Shown here: in pieces, positions 51,758-64,000 of the stretch
Position numbering within the stretch: the first letter of the stretch is position 1
Layout: the number at the start of each line of letters is the position of its first letter
The notes under the pieces: model-generated
What the model was told of the DNA's origin: nothing
The model's input: the letters and a program-made list of their open reading frames with translations, nothing else
Databases searched by the model: none
Assembly: GCA_028534125.1 (NCBI GenBank)
Contig: CM052817.1
Span: forward strand, 23,190,001-23,254,000
Length of the DNA stretch: 64,000 nt
From: Lama glama
Taxonomy: Eukaryota
Direction of reading: 5' to 3'
Position numbers and translations under genes: made by a program

Positions 51758-52091
51758 TGTCCGCCGAGGGAGGCTGGAGAGGGGTTTGAGGAGGTGAGCT
51801 GCCCAACTGGAAAAAGGCGCGAGGAGTCAACATAGAGCAAAACAGCACTTTATTGCAGTACAAGCAAGTGGAGCGTGCGGCGGGCGGCCCTCAGGTGTAT
51901 GCACTTGTCCTTTTATAATGCTAGTGGCGCATGCGTAGTGTTCATGATGCTGACTCACACTACTGGCGCATGCGTGGTGTTCATAATGCGTAGTCATGCT
52001 ACTTGCGCCTGCGTACATTTACCTCTTACCAGGTGCAAGCTATTGTGAACTTCGGCCTGGGCCCAGGCCTGCTCACTTACGGCTGCGGACA
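51758..52091 (-). mobile_element. 5' LTR (334 bp)
   Basis: tgtccgcc...ggctgcggaca with a perfect 7-bp terminal inverted repeat. TATAAAA (51911-51917) and AATAAA (51849-51854) on the minus strand. Confidence 0.95.
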
Positions 52092-52310
52092 GCGCCCTTC
52101 TAAAACAGGCCCCAGTGAGCGCTCCTGTTCTCTTTCCACCGTGAGGGGTTTGTGGAGAAGTTGGCAGTCTGCAGCGTGGAAGAAGGCTCTCACTGGAACT
52201 GACCTTGCTGACACGCTAATCTTGGACTTTCCGCCTCCAAAACCGTAAGAAATTCATTTGTGTTGTTTATAAGCCAGTTTTCAGTATTCTGTTGTCGCTC
52301 CACTGAGACT
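52092..52310 (+). mobile_element. MLT1A-type MaLR LTR, 3' part
   Basis: gcgcccttctaaaacaggcccc...aatcttggactttccgcctccaaaaccgtaagaaattcatttgtgttgtttataagcca continues the element broken at 48452. Confidence 0.88.
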
Positions 52311-52544
52311 CGTAGATAACTAGGGACGGCTGGGGGTATATTCAGCAGAGGCACCTTGGCTAGCTCAGGCTTCCAAGTGCAGGCTAGCGCAGTTCAATAC
52401 TCAGATGTAGTGTTTCCGGAGTGACAGACATGGTTCAGGTGACAATTCAGTTATAAAGTAAAGTGTTCATCTCTCTCTACATTTTGCTGTTTGACTTAAA
52501 ACTTGAAGGCAGCTCCTTTCAGCATGTATTACTCCTTACCTGTG

Positions 52545-52741
52545 TAGGGTTACCAGGTTTAGCAAATAAACACAATATACCATTTACGTTAGAGAATTAC
52601 TTAAAAATAAATACTATTTTAGTACAGGTAGATAAGTATGTGTCCCAGTTACTGCATGGGGACCTACTTACACTAAAAAAAGTGTTGTTTATCTGGATTT
52701 CAAATTTAACTGGGCTTCCTGTATTTTATCTGACAACCCTA
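52545..52741. mobile_element. MER53 palindromic hAT MITE
   Basis: TIRs tagggttaccag...ctgacaacccta; central taagtatgtgtccca...ggggacctactta; ttcaaatttaactgggc. Confidence 0.85.
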
Positions 52742-54969
52742 TATTCGTGTGATTTAATAGGTGTTTTAGGCCTATGTTGGTAAAATTATATTAGCTGTTC
52801 CAAATTCTCTTTTGCATTAAGGGCTAAGGGGGAAATTGAAGTAAACTGTCTAGTACATGTAGCTTGTCTGTGAAATCAGGTTATTGAAAACATTCAAAGA
52901 ATTGCTCAGTGAGCTTATGGTAGGCAGGTTTGTAGATGCTGCTTGTTCCTTAAGAAAATATGTTTAAGAAATGTGTGGAATTCAAAAACAAGTCTTTTGC
53001 CTAGCATATGACTGAAGTATAAATCCATACTAGGCTTCTAGTGCCACATATATCATTCGAGGTTTTAATTCAAGAATCTGAGTGATTTTCCAACTGAAAT
53101 GAACATGGAATGATAAACATAGCTTTCAAAATACAAAACCATGACATTCATACAAGTGCAAAGTGAATGTATTTCAATGACATAAGTTAACTCATTCATG
53201 AGAAAACCATTAAGATGTTAAAACTAACTTAAAGAAAATATGAAGGACACACAGACATATATGAAGGCGGCTGAAATCTGCTAATAGAGCCAAAACTAAT
53301 TAATATAATATACATAGGGCAATAAAATATAATACTTGGGCTCATATTTTTTACAGGGCAGAAATCAATTTTTTTTCTGTGAACAAAAGTTGTTTGCATA
53401 TATTTATCTTACTATCATATTTTCACCACTTAACTTCTACACCTAAGAGTTGTGAAATAGAATAATCAATAGAAAGACAGCCGGAAGTACAGAACCCTAT
53501 ACTGACCCAAAAGTCACTGAAAAAACACCCAGTAATATCTGTGGTCAAGTTCGAAGTCTTTGAAAAACATTCCTGACAATGATAAGGCAAAAAAATTTTT
53601 TTTCCGGCTGGGGTGGGGGAACATCCCTTAGCAGGTATATTCCTCAGGCCCTGGGGCTTTTAAAATGCCTTCTCACAGAGGTAAGGATGCTTTGTCACCA
53701 GGTAGAACATATTCAATCCTCATTACCTCTAATTTTAGGCTGAAATGATTATATCTCTCAGTGTAATAATTGTTCCTGTTTCTTCTCTATTTTCTTCTTG
53801 CATTATAATTTTTGCTTTTGTTTTATTTTCCCCTATGGTATTTTCAAGCTATCTACTCAAGTTTGCAATAGATGTAACTGCCTTTATTTTTCAATATTTC
53901 AATCTTATCCCTATTTCAATTTTACTTTGCATAGTAGTGGGAACAAGCTATAAAAAATGAATAAATTTCAGCAATTCAGTGATTAAGTTATGTTTACACT
54001 GTATTTTCTGCCATCGGTCAGTACTTTCTATTCTCCAACCCCTACATCTAAATTGTGTCTAATGTGCTAGCATGGCTTTTTGGGAAGGCATATGGAAGTG
54101 TTCAATGTATTTCTCCATTGAGATATATTTTAAATTCCATTGAACATGGTCATTCCTCCACACTGGCACTTCTGAGGTATGATCTTTCCCAAGTGGTCCC
54201 CCACCAAACAATCTATGATTGATGTACTGATGGTTTCATTTTGTCAAAGCTTCAAGCTCTTTCTTTGTTAGCCTGGTCTTAGTATTACATTTGTGTCAGA
54301 TTTAACCACGTAAGTTTGGTGTCCCAGCAAACTTTGGGGAGTTATAAGGAAGTCTATGAGGCTGCCTCTAACCCATCAACCTAGGCATACCAAATGTCAA
54401 AATCCAGTCTCCTTTGCCATGAAAAACAAAGGATTTTTAGAAGCTTGTGCCTCCTGTAGACATACAATGGAAGTAGTGCATAATTTCTTTCTGTTTGAGA
54501 ACCTCAACCCATCAGAAGGATCTTTCTCCATCCCCATGCTGCTGCACAGTGCTCAGCCAGTGACAGAAGTGGAATATATATCCGCAGCAGCACCCCGGTC
54601 TCTGATCTGTTGATTCCCTTTTAGACATTCCTTCTTATCCTAAGCCAATGGGATCTTCCTCTGGTCTGGGCAAGTGGGAGAAATCTGCCTTTTCTTTGTG
54701 ATATACATTGAAGTATTCCAGGGGTCGTCTTTTGTAAAAAGCAAAAAGCCTTGTCTGAGGACTATATTCCTCAATGTCAATTTGAAAGTCAAAAGCTGAA
54801 AATTCCCCCCCCCCATATCCCTGCAGTGACCACTGTACACTTCAGATCTAAGCCTTGGGTTTCCTAGCTACCTCTCCTAGGCTGAAGCACAAAGAAATTA
54901 TGTGTACGGGGGAAAAGTAGGGAGGTAGCATAATCAGATTTCTGCACATGTAATCAAGAAACTCTACTA

Positions 54970-55378
54970 ACCCCTGTAGTAAATGCTGAGATGCACTCTC
55001 CCCCTCCCCTAGATTCCAACTTCAGGAAAAAAGCACTCTTTCTCCTGGCTACCGGGAGTGTGGCTGGCCAAAGCTTTCTCTGAGCTTAAAGAGCCTCCTC
55101 ATCTAAGGTTGGACCAGCTCCCCAGGAGCAGCCTGTATTTAAGGACACAGAGGAGAACAAAGGCCCAGCCCTTTGTCTCAATAAATACTTCTGAAGACCA
55201 TTCCAGCTCCAGAGCTTCTTCAGGGATCTGCTGAGGCCTATGTTATGAATGCATTGCGCTTTAAAGCTTTCCCTCTGCCCAACACTGATTCCCTCACTTC
55301 TTTAGTGTGATTCTGAAGAGCACTCCCCAATAAGCCTTCTGAATGCAGATCTCTATTATAGGGAAATCTGACTTACAA
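54970..55378 (+). mobile_element. ERVL solo LTR (LTR16-like)
   Basis: ccattccagctccagagct, gctgaggcc, ccctctgcccaa and gagcactccccaataagcctt...gcagatct. Confidence 0.75.
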
Positions 55379-56409
55379 AAAACACCCTAAATTAAAAAAT
55401 ATATATATATACATATATATATGTATGTATGTGTGTATCTCCTGGCTAACCAATAATTATCTATTTATCATAAAAAGAAAAATCAAGAGACAATAGTCCC
55501 CAGATTTAAAAAAAAAAAATCTTTTCCTTCCTTCCACTCAACGTTTTTTTGTTTTGTTTTGTTTCCATTTTTCCTTCTGTCTTAACTCTTACGTACCACT
55601 CTGATGTATAAGTTTGATCATGGGGAAGAGGAGTGTGCAAGGGCCCTAGAGCCCCACTTAGATTCCCCCCTTTTACCCTCCGAGGACAATTCTAGAGGAC
55701 TCCAAGGAGTCCCAAGGCTTTGGGAAACACCTTTACAATATCCCCTGCTTCGGCTACTTTAGGAAGCAGAGATCTCACCATCCTACCGGGTCAATGGTTC
55801 ACACATTGAGCTGTTATACCCACATATGCACATTGCTTCAGCATGGTTTTAAGCACATGCTTTTATTTTAATAAGTGTTTATTAACTTAGTGAATTTATA
55901 ATCCACTTTCCAATCACTTAAATTTTATTTAAGTACCTCTCCAATCCTATTAGTAATTATAAGATCAAAATAATTACAGAACATTGCTGTTAGAGCTGAG
56001 ACATAATCCTGGACATTTGGTAAAATCTGTAAATATTGTAATCAAAGGCCTTTGAGAAAAGGAAAAATGTGTTTTTGTTGAAATGAATATCTGTTATTTG
56101 TTGGCCATCTTTTGGGAATAAAGAGGAAAATCCCTAGCCACCCAGCAGCCTTATTTATGTAAAAATAAATGCATTATATCCTATGTTTTTAACTTTTCAT
56201 CATCATACAAAAAGGATTCTGAAGACAGTTCTGTATTCTAGAAGTCAGGAAGGTTGATTAACTTTCTAGGAGAAGTTTTATTATAGTAAGAAATATGGAG
56301 AAACTGAGACGATGTTGATAAACACATTATCAAGACACTCATGTCTTGCCATGGTCCTATGGCTTCCACATTTAGACTTTGTGGTAGACACAACTGTTTG
56401 CTGCTTAAC

Positions 56410-56940
56410 AGCCATATGAAAAATCATTCTTGTCAACAGAAACCCAGTCAGTTCACCATCACACAGCTGAAACCATCCATCAGGAGTGACTGCCCTCCTG
56501 CCTAGCTCCATGGAGGAAATCTTGATGGGTACAAGCCAAACCTAGTAATCTCATTCTCATTGCCTAAAATTAGTCAAGGTGTAGGCATGTGATAAAATGC
56601 TAGCCAAAAAGAACTGAGTGAGAATTTGTTCTGGCTGGATATAGGATATTTCTCTTCACACACATGCGCACACACACAAGCCTAGAATCTACCTCCTCTG
56701 GACGTTTTTGAATGAAGACATAGATACTTAGAATTACAATGTCTGTCTTGCAACAGTGAAGGTAAAATCAGTGAAATTTTACAGAATTTTAACAGATCTG
56801 ATACTCCTAAGCTACTAAAACGATCCTGGCAATACTACTCCATGGGAAAAAATCTTGTAGAAAAGAATACGGCTTTCCTTATTTAAGCCCACCTTAGCTG
56901 GGTGCTCTGTAACCAAAGTCATGAGTATCCTTACATGTAT
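56410..56940 (+). mobile_element. Old MaLR LTR (MLT1J/K-like)
   Basis: ggcatgtgataaaatgctagccaa...gaactgag; ttccttatttaagcccaccttagctgggt. Confidence 0.6.
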
Positions 56941-57165
56941 TTCACAAGCACAGACATTGAGGGAAGTTTGAATCTCCTCTTCACAAAGCCCCTGGATCTC
57001 TCCTACTGACTTGAGAAACCTTAATATATCCAGCCAACTTTTTTACTTTTGTGAGATTATTCCATGTTCAGCAAACATTTGTTGGGTATTTATCACATAT
57101 ATGTACACTGTTTACTTCTGTTGCTTGTATAATTGTAAGCCTCTGAAGGATTTTAAACAAGGGAA

Positions 57166-57511
57166 TGTATTAGTTTCCTAAGGCTGCATAACAAATTACC
57201 TTGAATTGGGTGGTTTACAATGACAGAAATAGAGCCTCTCACAGTTCTAGAGGCTAGAAACATGACATCAAGCCATACTTCCTATGGAAACTCCAGGGAG
57301 GTGTCTTTCCTTGCATCCTCCGAGCTTTTGGTGGTTGCTTGCATTCCTTGGCTGCATCGCTCCAGTTTCTGCCATTGTCTTCAGCCCATCTAATCCAGTA
57401 TGACCTCATCTTAACTTGATTACATCTGCAGACACCCTATTTTCAAATAAGATCACATTCACAAGTTCTGGGAAGACAAGAAGTTTAGGCGAACACTAGT
57501 TAATCCAGAAT
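57166..57511 (-). mobile_element. MaLR LTR (MLT1B/C-like)
   Basis: tgtattagtttcctaaggctgcataacaaattacc...ctcacagttctagaggctagaa...tgacctcatcttaacttgattacatctgcagacaccctattttcaaataag. Confidence 0.88.
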
Positions 57512-57857
57512 AGGAGTGATGTGATCTAATATTTGAGTTTCAAAAGATTGCTCTCAGTGCACAGTGTACCACTTTCCTGTTTCTCTAATATTCTGTTTTT
57601 CTAACTTAATGTAGGACTGGGAATCTGATCACTAAATAAACTAGAATTATATGTAATAATTCCTATGACAAGGACAAAAATCATCATTACTCAGAAAGCA
57701 TTTACATTAGATAACGTGTCTGTCTCTTAGGCTTCTTTGTGACTACTGTGTTCTTACTTTCAGATTCTACCTACTTTCTCGGTGGGTGAAGTTGCCCATG
57801 TGTTTTTCAGATAGATGAGCTATTACTGGCTATATACAATTTATGTGTTATACCAGT

Positions 57858-58190
57858 ATTCATTCAAAAATGCTTATTTCCAGGTACTGTCATAGGCTCT
57901 GGGAATACAGCAGTGAATAACAGTAACAGCAAAAATAAGAAAATAAAGTCATTGCTCAAGTGGAGCTTAAATTCTTAAGGAAAAGTGGGAAAGCTGGACT
58001 TTAAGCAAATATCTAAAATATAGGTAAATAAAATAATGGTGGGTAATGCCAATGGTACGAAGGAAAATAAAAGAGAACATGAAAGAGAATTAGAGGATAT
58101 TTCATTTTGGATCCAGTGGTCAGGGAAGACATCTCAGAGGACATGACATTTGGCGGAGCTGTGAATGATATGAGAATTAAAAGCCATTAA
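57858..58190 (-). mobile_element. L2a 3' fragment
   Basis: attcattcaaaaa...ccaggtactgtcataggctctgggaatacagcagtgaa...gtggtcagggaagacatctcagagg. Confidence 0.8.
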
Positions 58191-58484
58191 TGACCCCGTA
58201 TTTTCCTCAGGATACAATCAAAACCTCACATTCTTAGAAAGGCCCTTTGACATCTTGTCATTGATGAATTATTCAGCTTCATCTCTTTCACTGGGTAATA
58301 TAATTAAGTTTTTTTTTCAAGTATCTCTTACTAAGAGCAACATGTTTTCCGTCCGTAAATCTTAGAATATGACTTGTATTCTGAGTTAAAGCAATTTAAC
58401 TTTAGAACACAGACATGTACACATAGTATTTTATTTAATGCTTTCATACAGTGAGAACTTAACACGTTTCAAATTATGAGCAAC

Positions 58485-58855
58485 TTTTTTAAATTGCACT
58501 ATAGTTGATTTACAATATTGTGTTAGTTTCAGGTGCACAGCATAGTGATTCAGTTATACTTACATATTATTTTTCGTATCCTTTTTAATTACAGGCTATC
58601 AGAAGCTTTTAAATGTAGTTGCCTGTGCTATACACAAGGACCTTGTTTTTTATCTATTTTGTATGTAGCAGTTTGTATCTGCTAATTCCAAACTCCTAAT
58701 GTATCCCTCCCCCCACTTTCCCCTTTGGTAACCATAAGTTTGTTTTCTGTGTCTGAGTCTCTTTCTGTTTTGTTAATAAGATTATCTGTATCTTTTTTTT
58801 AAGATTCCACATATAAGTGATACATGATATTTGTCTTTCTCTGTCTGGCTTACTT
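58485..58855 (-). mobile_element. Short cetartiodactyl-type L1 3' end
   Basis: tatagttgatttacaatattgtgttagtttcaggtgcacagcatagtgattcag...ggtaaccataagtttgttttct, same family as 31346-32502. Probable TSD tgagcaactt (58477-58486) / tgaggaactt (58855-58864). Confidence 0.9.
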
Positions 58856-61800
58856 GAGGAACTTCTAATTATTTTTAAACCTATCTTTTAAACCTGTCAT
58901 ATTTAAAAACTATATTTTATGCAAATCCATAATTTTGTTTGGCCTTTTTACATACATAATTTATAAATTTATGTGTTGAGTTATTCTTAATAACCAAATT
59001 CATTTAAGCTATTAAATTTAATATTTTGAAATTCTTTGTGTGTTTATTTTTCTCACATCTCATGACACAAACTATAGTTAGTATTTCAACTTTTACATAT
59101 CTCAGAAGAGTTCAGATCCTTTTGCATTCAATGACAAGTGACAATGATAAAACATTTCATATGGAGAAACTGAAACTTGATCAACATAATGCAAACAGAA
59201 ATTGAATCTCTATAATAGCAATTGGACAAAATAACTTACTATATCTTCCTAGACAAGGGTCTTAAAAATCAATTAAATTGAAATGTTTCTAATGAAAAAA
59301 AATTCTAGTCACCTCTTAGACACATATGTTCTCAATTATTTGAGACAAAATTAGCAAGTATAGAATTATTGTACGTAAGTCAAACTGCTGACAAAGTAAA
59401 TGCAAAACAGAAACTCAAATATCTTCAGTAGCACCATCTTAAATTACAACATTGCATGACTGTAATGGGACAAACTACCAGCAGAGGGATGGCTTTAGTA
59501 TTAATTTAAGACTGAAGCAAATAGAAGCCCCAAACACAGGCCAAACAAAATGTAATTAATATGAGACCTTCATGAGAGTCAACTTGCACAATTGCAGGTG
59601 CAGTGAGTATTAAAATATTGAACTACAATATGTGTGTCATGGTTGGTAGAATAGTATATGATAGTAATTGCAGTGTGTGAAAATTATTTAATATTCCATC
59701 ACATACACATGACTCATCTAGCACACAGAACCTATTCTATAATCTAAGTTGGAGATTGCAGCACAGATTTGGGATGTATGTTGCTGTGGGGTTAGGGGTA
59801 CAGGGCTGAGAGCGCTGCAGAAATTTTAATTGTGTCAGATGTGAAGAGTTGCCTTTAGGTTGAAAGGTCTTGGAAAGGGAATGAGGGTGTTCTGCAAAGC
59901 GGAGGAAGGCGCATTGTGTATCCCCTCACACACAAACACACAAAAATGCTTAGCCCTGTATGGGCTCAGGCCCTAGCTGTGGAGGACCCAAGGAGACTGA
60001 AAATTTATTGTGCAGGGTGCACATGTGTGGAGACTTAATTCCTTGGATACATTTTAGGTTCTTTGCTAATTTGAAAACTATCCCTTTGGAGTGGTGGCAA
60101 GGACAGGTGGGGGCCCTTTTGGCTTCTTGTGTTAAGGTCTGTGCGGAGAGAAACAGTCCATTTTATCCATGTTAACAGGGTATGTACACCAACATGGTCC
60201 ATTTTATCCATGTTAACAGGGTACATACATACATCCTTTCTTACCTCTTCCTGCAAGGCCAAGGAGCCTCCCTCCATCTCCCCAATTCCCCTTCCCCTGC
60301 CTGCTCACTGCTGTGCCCTGGAACAGGTTTTTCAAGAGAACCCTCGAGTGTTGACTCAGTCTGTCAGTAATCAGCACTTAAACTTTCTTTCCTATCTCTT
60401 CCCTTTTTCTTCTCCTTTTTTTTTTACTCTAGTTTAACAACAGAGCCTCAGCCAACAACTGCCTCCGTGCAGGGAACCAGCTGTTTACTGAGTCGGGCTG
60501 TGCAAGGCACACAGCTGTCCTACTCCCTTGATTGAGTCAGGCTAAAGGAGTCAACTGCTGTGTCTGGAAACTAGGTCAGTATATGCCCACCCACCTGCCT
60601 CTCTCATGACTTCCTCCTTAATTGATCCGAGTGCTCTTCACCCTCACTGTAGGAATGTAATCAGTGTCCAGATTAGAGGATCCTGACTTGGTCGAGGGAA
60701 AAGGATGGTGAAAAAGGAGTGAAAGCATGGAGGGCAGTGGGAAGACTAAGATTAAGATGGGAGGGAATGTCTTCAGTGTCCTTCGGTATCTGTCAGATAC
60801 CTGTCACTAATGATGTCATTTAATGGTGAAGTCTATGAAGAGATTAATATGGCTCCTTATAGCTGCATAGCCATAGCTGTATCACAGGGAAGAGTCAAAC
60901 CATAACTTCTATAAATCAGTAGATGGCTGGAAATTATTAGAATAAGTTAGACTAAATTGATTAATTTATGCCATAACTTAAGTCACATGTTATACACTTT
61001 TCAAAAATATAGTTTAAATTATTTCAATAACAAAAGGTATGTTATATGGCGATTCACATTTATATTGCAGTATTGATTATGCAGTATCCTGAATATTAAC
61101 CAAGTACCTAAATGAGCATTTTTAAAAGTTTCTGACTTGGATCTAGATATGTTAACAATTTTGAAAAGCACAGAAAATTGAAATGGCTGGAAGTGTCTCA
61201 GTTATTGTGTATAAATTTGAAATTCTTCCAATAATCTTGGAATGGTCAGGTTACAAGTAAACTAATATTATTTAACTATATAAAGAGTTTCTATATAACT
61301 ATATGCTTCTAGTTTATTGCAGATGATAATAACTTAATAATACTATTTTCCTTATGAAATGACAAGTATGAGTATCAGTATATTAACTGATGTCAACTGA
61401 ACTTATAAAAATGCTTTTCTCAGGGCAGAGCACATAATCAACAGATTTTAATTTCTGTAGACATGGGAAAGATATGTATAAGCAAAGAATGAAAGTAATT
61501 TGTCACCAGCTTTGGCTTTGTTTACTCTTTTTATATTGTTATCTTTTTGTTCTCATTTCTGGTTTTATATGGTAGATTTTAAAACTGAAAGAGACAGAAA
61601 AATAAATTGATATAGCTGTAACCAGGTATGGAAGGTCTATTATCTAGAGAGTTTTAGAATGGGATGTTACTTGCATTTATCTGTATCTCCATTTTTCTTT
61701 TAACTTCAAAGTTTCATAAAGGAGAGGTCGATTCTTGATTTAATACTTTTCTGAAATTTGTTGGTCTGAGGTCATCCATTGTTCAGGGATTCCTAAAGAA

Positions 61801-61944
61801 TTTATTCTTGTCTGATAGGAAGTCTTGTTCTCTTTTTTATGGTAAAGGAACCACATTTCATCTCACAGCAGACATAGGCTTGCTTTCCTGGAGTAATTCC
61901 TCACCCCATGATTTTGCTTCTTGCCACTTTTATCTCAAGACTAG

Positions 61945-62592
61945 TGAAACTGAGCAATCCCCGGATGGGCTTTCTCAGTAACAGACCCCTTCATGTTCTC
62001 CACGCCTCACTGAAAGAAAAACTTCAGTCTCCTGAACCCAGTTGAGTTTCAGAAGGTCTGGCTCAAGAGTTAATGATCAGAGGAATGAGAACATTCAGAG
62101 ACAAAGAACAGCTGTCAGACAGGAGAACTGGTAACAATTTAAACAAAAGGTCAGCCATATACTAGAGCCACAGGACTTCAGTTCATCCCTGAAGGACATA
62201 GATAGCACCATCTGACACACATTCCTAAGTTCTTATGGAAACCAGTCTCCCACCAGATGAAAACTGCTGACTAGAGGCATGTAGAACTCAGTCTGGTTAG
62301 AACCAGAAGGTTGATGATTGAGATTCCTGAAACATCACCCTGTTACCTCACCATCCACCAATCAGACAGCTGAGCACAAGCTGATCTCACACCCTGCTAC
62401 TCTTTTCCTCACAGTCTTTCAAAGCCCTAACCTAGAGCTGTTGGAGAGTTCATGGCTTTTGAGCACAAGGTACCCATTCTCTTTGCTTGGCACTTTGCAG
62501 TAAACACTGTGATTCCTTTCACCACAACCTGTTGTCGGTAATTTGGCTTTGCTATGCGTTGGGCAAGCTGACCCAAGTTTGGTTTGGTAACA
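61945..62592 (+). mobile_element. ERV1-type solo LTR (648 bp)
   Basis: TGaaactgag...gacccaagtttggtttggtaaCA. Flanks ctag/ccag fit a degenerate 4-bp TSD. AGTAAA poly(A)-like signal at ~62500. Confidence 0.8.
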
Positions 62593-62739
62593 CCAGGATA
62601 GGTTATTTGGTCGATGCTGACATAAGACTTTGTCCTCTCTCTTTTTCCTTCTAGAGCACTTAAATTGTTTAGCATGGTTATTTGTTTAGTGTTTGATCCA
62701 CCCACCAAAGTGAAGTCAGTGTTTGTGATGTGAAATTCT

Positions 62740-62900
62740 CAGTACTAAGCATTTTATATTTGTTAATAACTAACTCATTTAATCCCATGAAGTGGTAATT
62801 TCAACAGATGAGGAAACTGAGGAAAGAAGCTACTAGCCCATGGTCATGGAACTAAGTGGTGGACTTGGGTTGGCTTTTCCAGAGCCAACAATGTTAGTCT
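62740..62900 (-). mobile_element. MIR SINE
   Basis: taactcatttaatcc...aacagatgaggaaactgagg...cccatggtcatggaactaagtgg. Confidence 0.75.
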
Positions 62901-64000
62901 ACAAGCTACACAGGCTCTGATCTTGAATAGTCAGCTTCAAGGGACAAGGCCCGCCTATTCTTGCCTGTGCTATATCCCAGTGTATAGCACAGCATGTACA
63001 TTTAAAATGCAATCAAACAGCTGTTAAATGAGTTATTAATAGTATTTTCACACTTTACTAGGATAAAGACAACCATTATTAAACATTGTGAGCTCCTAGG
63101 GAAAATCATTGGGGGCAGTCTAGAAAAGCAGTTAAGACCAGGGGTCATATCGGTCACCAGTCATGTGATCTAAATATAATGATATGAGTATATAAATAGA
63201 ATTTACATCATAGAATTGTAGAGAGAATAATAACATGCAGTGTCTGGTACAGAATTTGTTCCCAATTAATGTTAAATATCTGTTAATACCATAAAAGTTC
63301 ATGGTTTGTTGCAGTAAAAGGATTCAATAAAATATTTATATATATAAGACTTAGATCTGTCTTTAAGTCGGGAAAAGGCAAAAGTGTCTTTCAGTATTAC
63401 AGCAAAGTGAAATTTCCTACCAGAGAATTCATTTGTGGGTATTCGGTGCAATCCTTTATCCATTAGATCTACAGATATTTATTAAGCACTAGTTACAATT
63501 ATAGGCATTTTGATTGTTACTGAGATACTGGAGAGAGAAAAACATTTTTCATGGATCATACAGTCTTATGAAAAGAAAGGTGAATACTCATTACAAAGTC
63601 AGACATAGGACATAAGACATACAGAGCAGTGTGGAAACAGTAAATGATGTTTTAGATGACTAGAAATATACTGAAACAATAGCATACATCTATTGATTTC
63701 TAGAATGTAACAGAAAAAAAAGAGGAAAAACAATTCAAAATAAAGATGTAGATGAAGGGCCTGATCATTGGGCTCTTGTCATTCATGTGAGCATTCTTGA
63801 CATTTATTTCAAATCCTCAGACACTGCTTAACCATGCTAAGTCAGGGAGGAAACTGTGATAAACTGCAAAACATCATACTTGACCTGGATCCCATCTTAA
63901 TGTTAGGTTCATCCCATTAACAGAGAAAAACCAAATAAGCTCTAACTTTATAAACTGCAAATGAAGTATAGCCATGTTTCTGTAACTTGTCCATTGTCTT

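Larger units (their letters stand above)
48453..52091 (-). mobile_element. Internally deleted ERV-S-like (class III with env) provirus, 3639 bp
   Basis: Two TG...CA LTRs, PBS, PPT, and gag/pro/RT/RNaseH/env remnants in retroviral order on the minus strand. Flanks ATGCC (48448-48452) and GCGCC (52092-52096) form a degenerate 5-bp TSD inside a split MLT1A. Confidence 0.95.

Overview
AT-rich mammalian intergenic or intronic DNA. The host is most likely a camelid, based on a Vic-1-type tRNA-derived SINE at ~26.0-26.2 kb. I recognise no host protein-coding exon. The window is mostly interspersed repeats (L1, L2, CR1/L3, MIR, MaLR/ERVL LTRs, hAT MITEs) plus three assembly gaps. The stand-out element is a compact 3.64-kb minus-strand provirus at 48453-52091, inserted into an older MLT1A-type LTR. 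It has two LTRs, a tRNA-Ser-like PBS, a PPT and a degenerate 5-bp TSD. Its class III (ERV-L/ERV-S-like) gag-pro-RT-RNaseH remnants are joined to a gamma-type env remnant carrying an immunosuppressive domain, which makes it HERV-S-like. Most of gag, all of integrase, and both ends of env are deleted. Its two LTRs are oddly discordant and carry three 39-bp-spaced NRF1-like palindromes plus an AP-1 site. A second, much older, deleted ERVL/MLT2 provirus lies at 38.1-40.7 kb, and two L1 copies show twin-priming inversions. All family names come from visual recognition of motifs, not from database searches.
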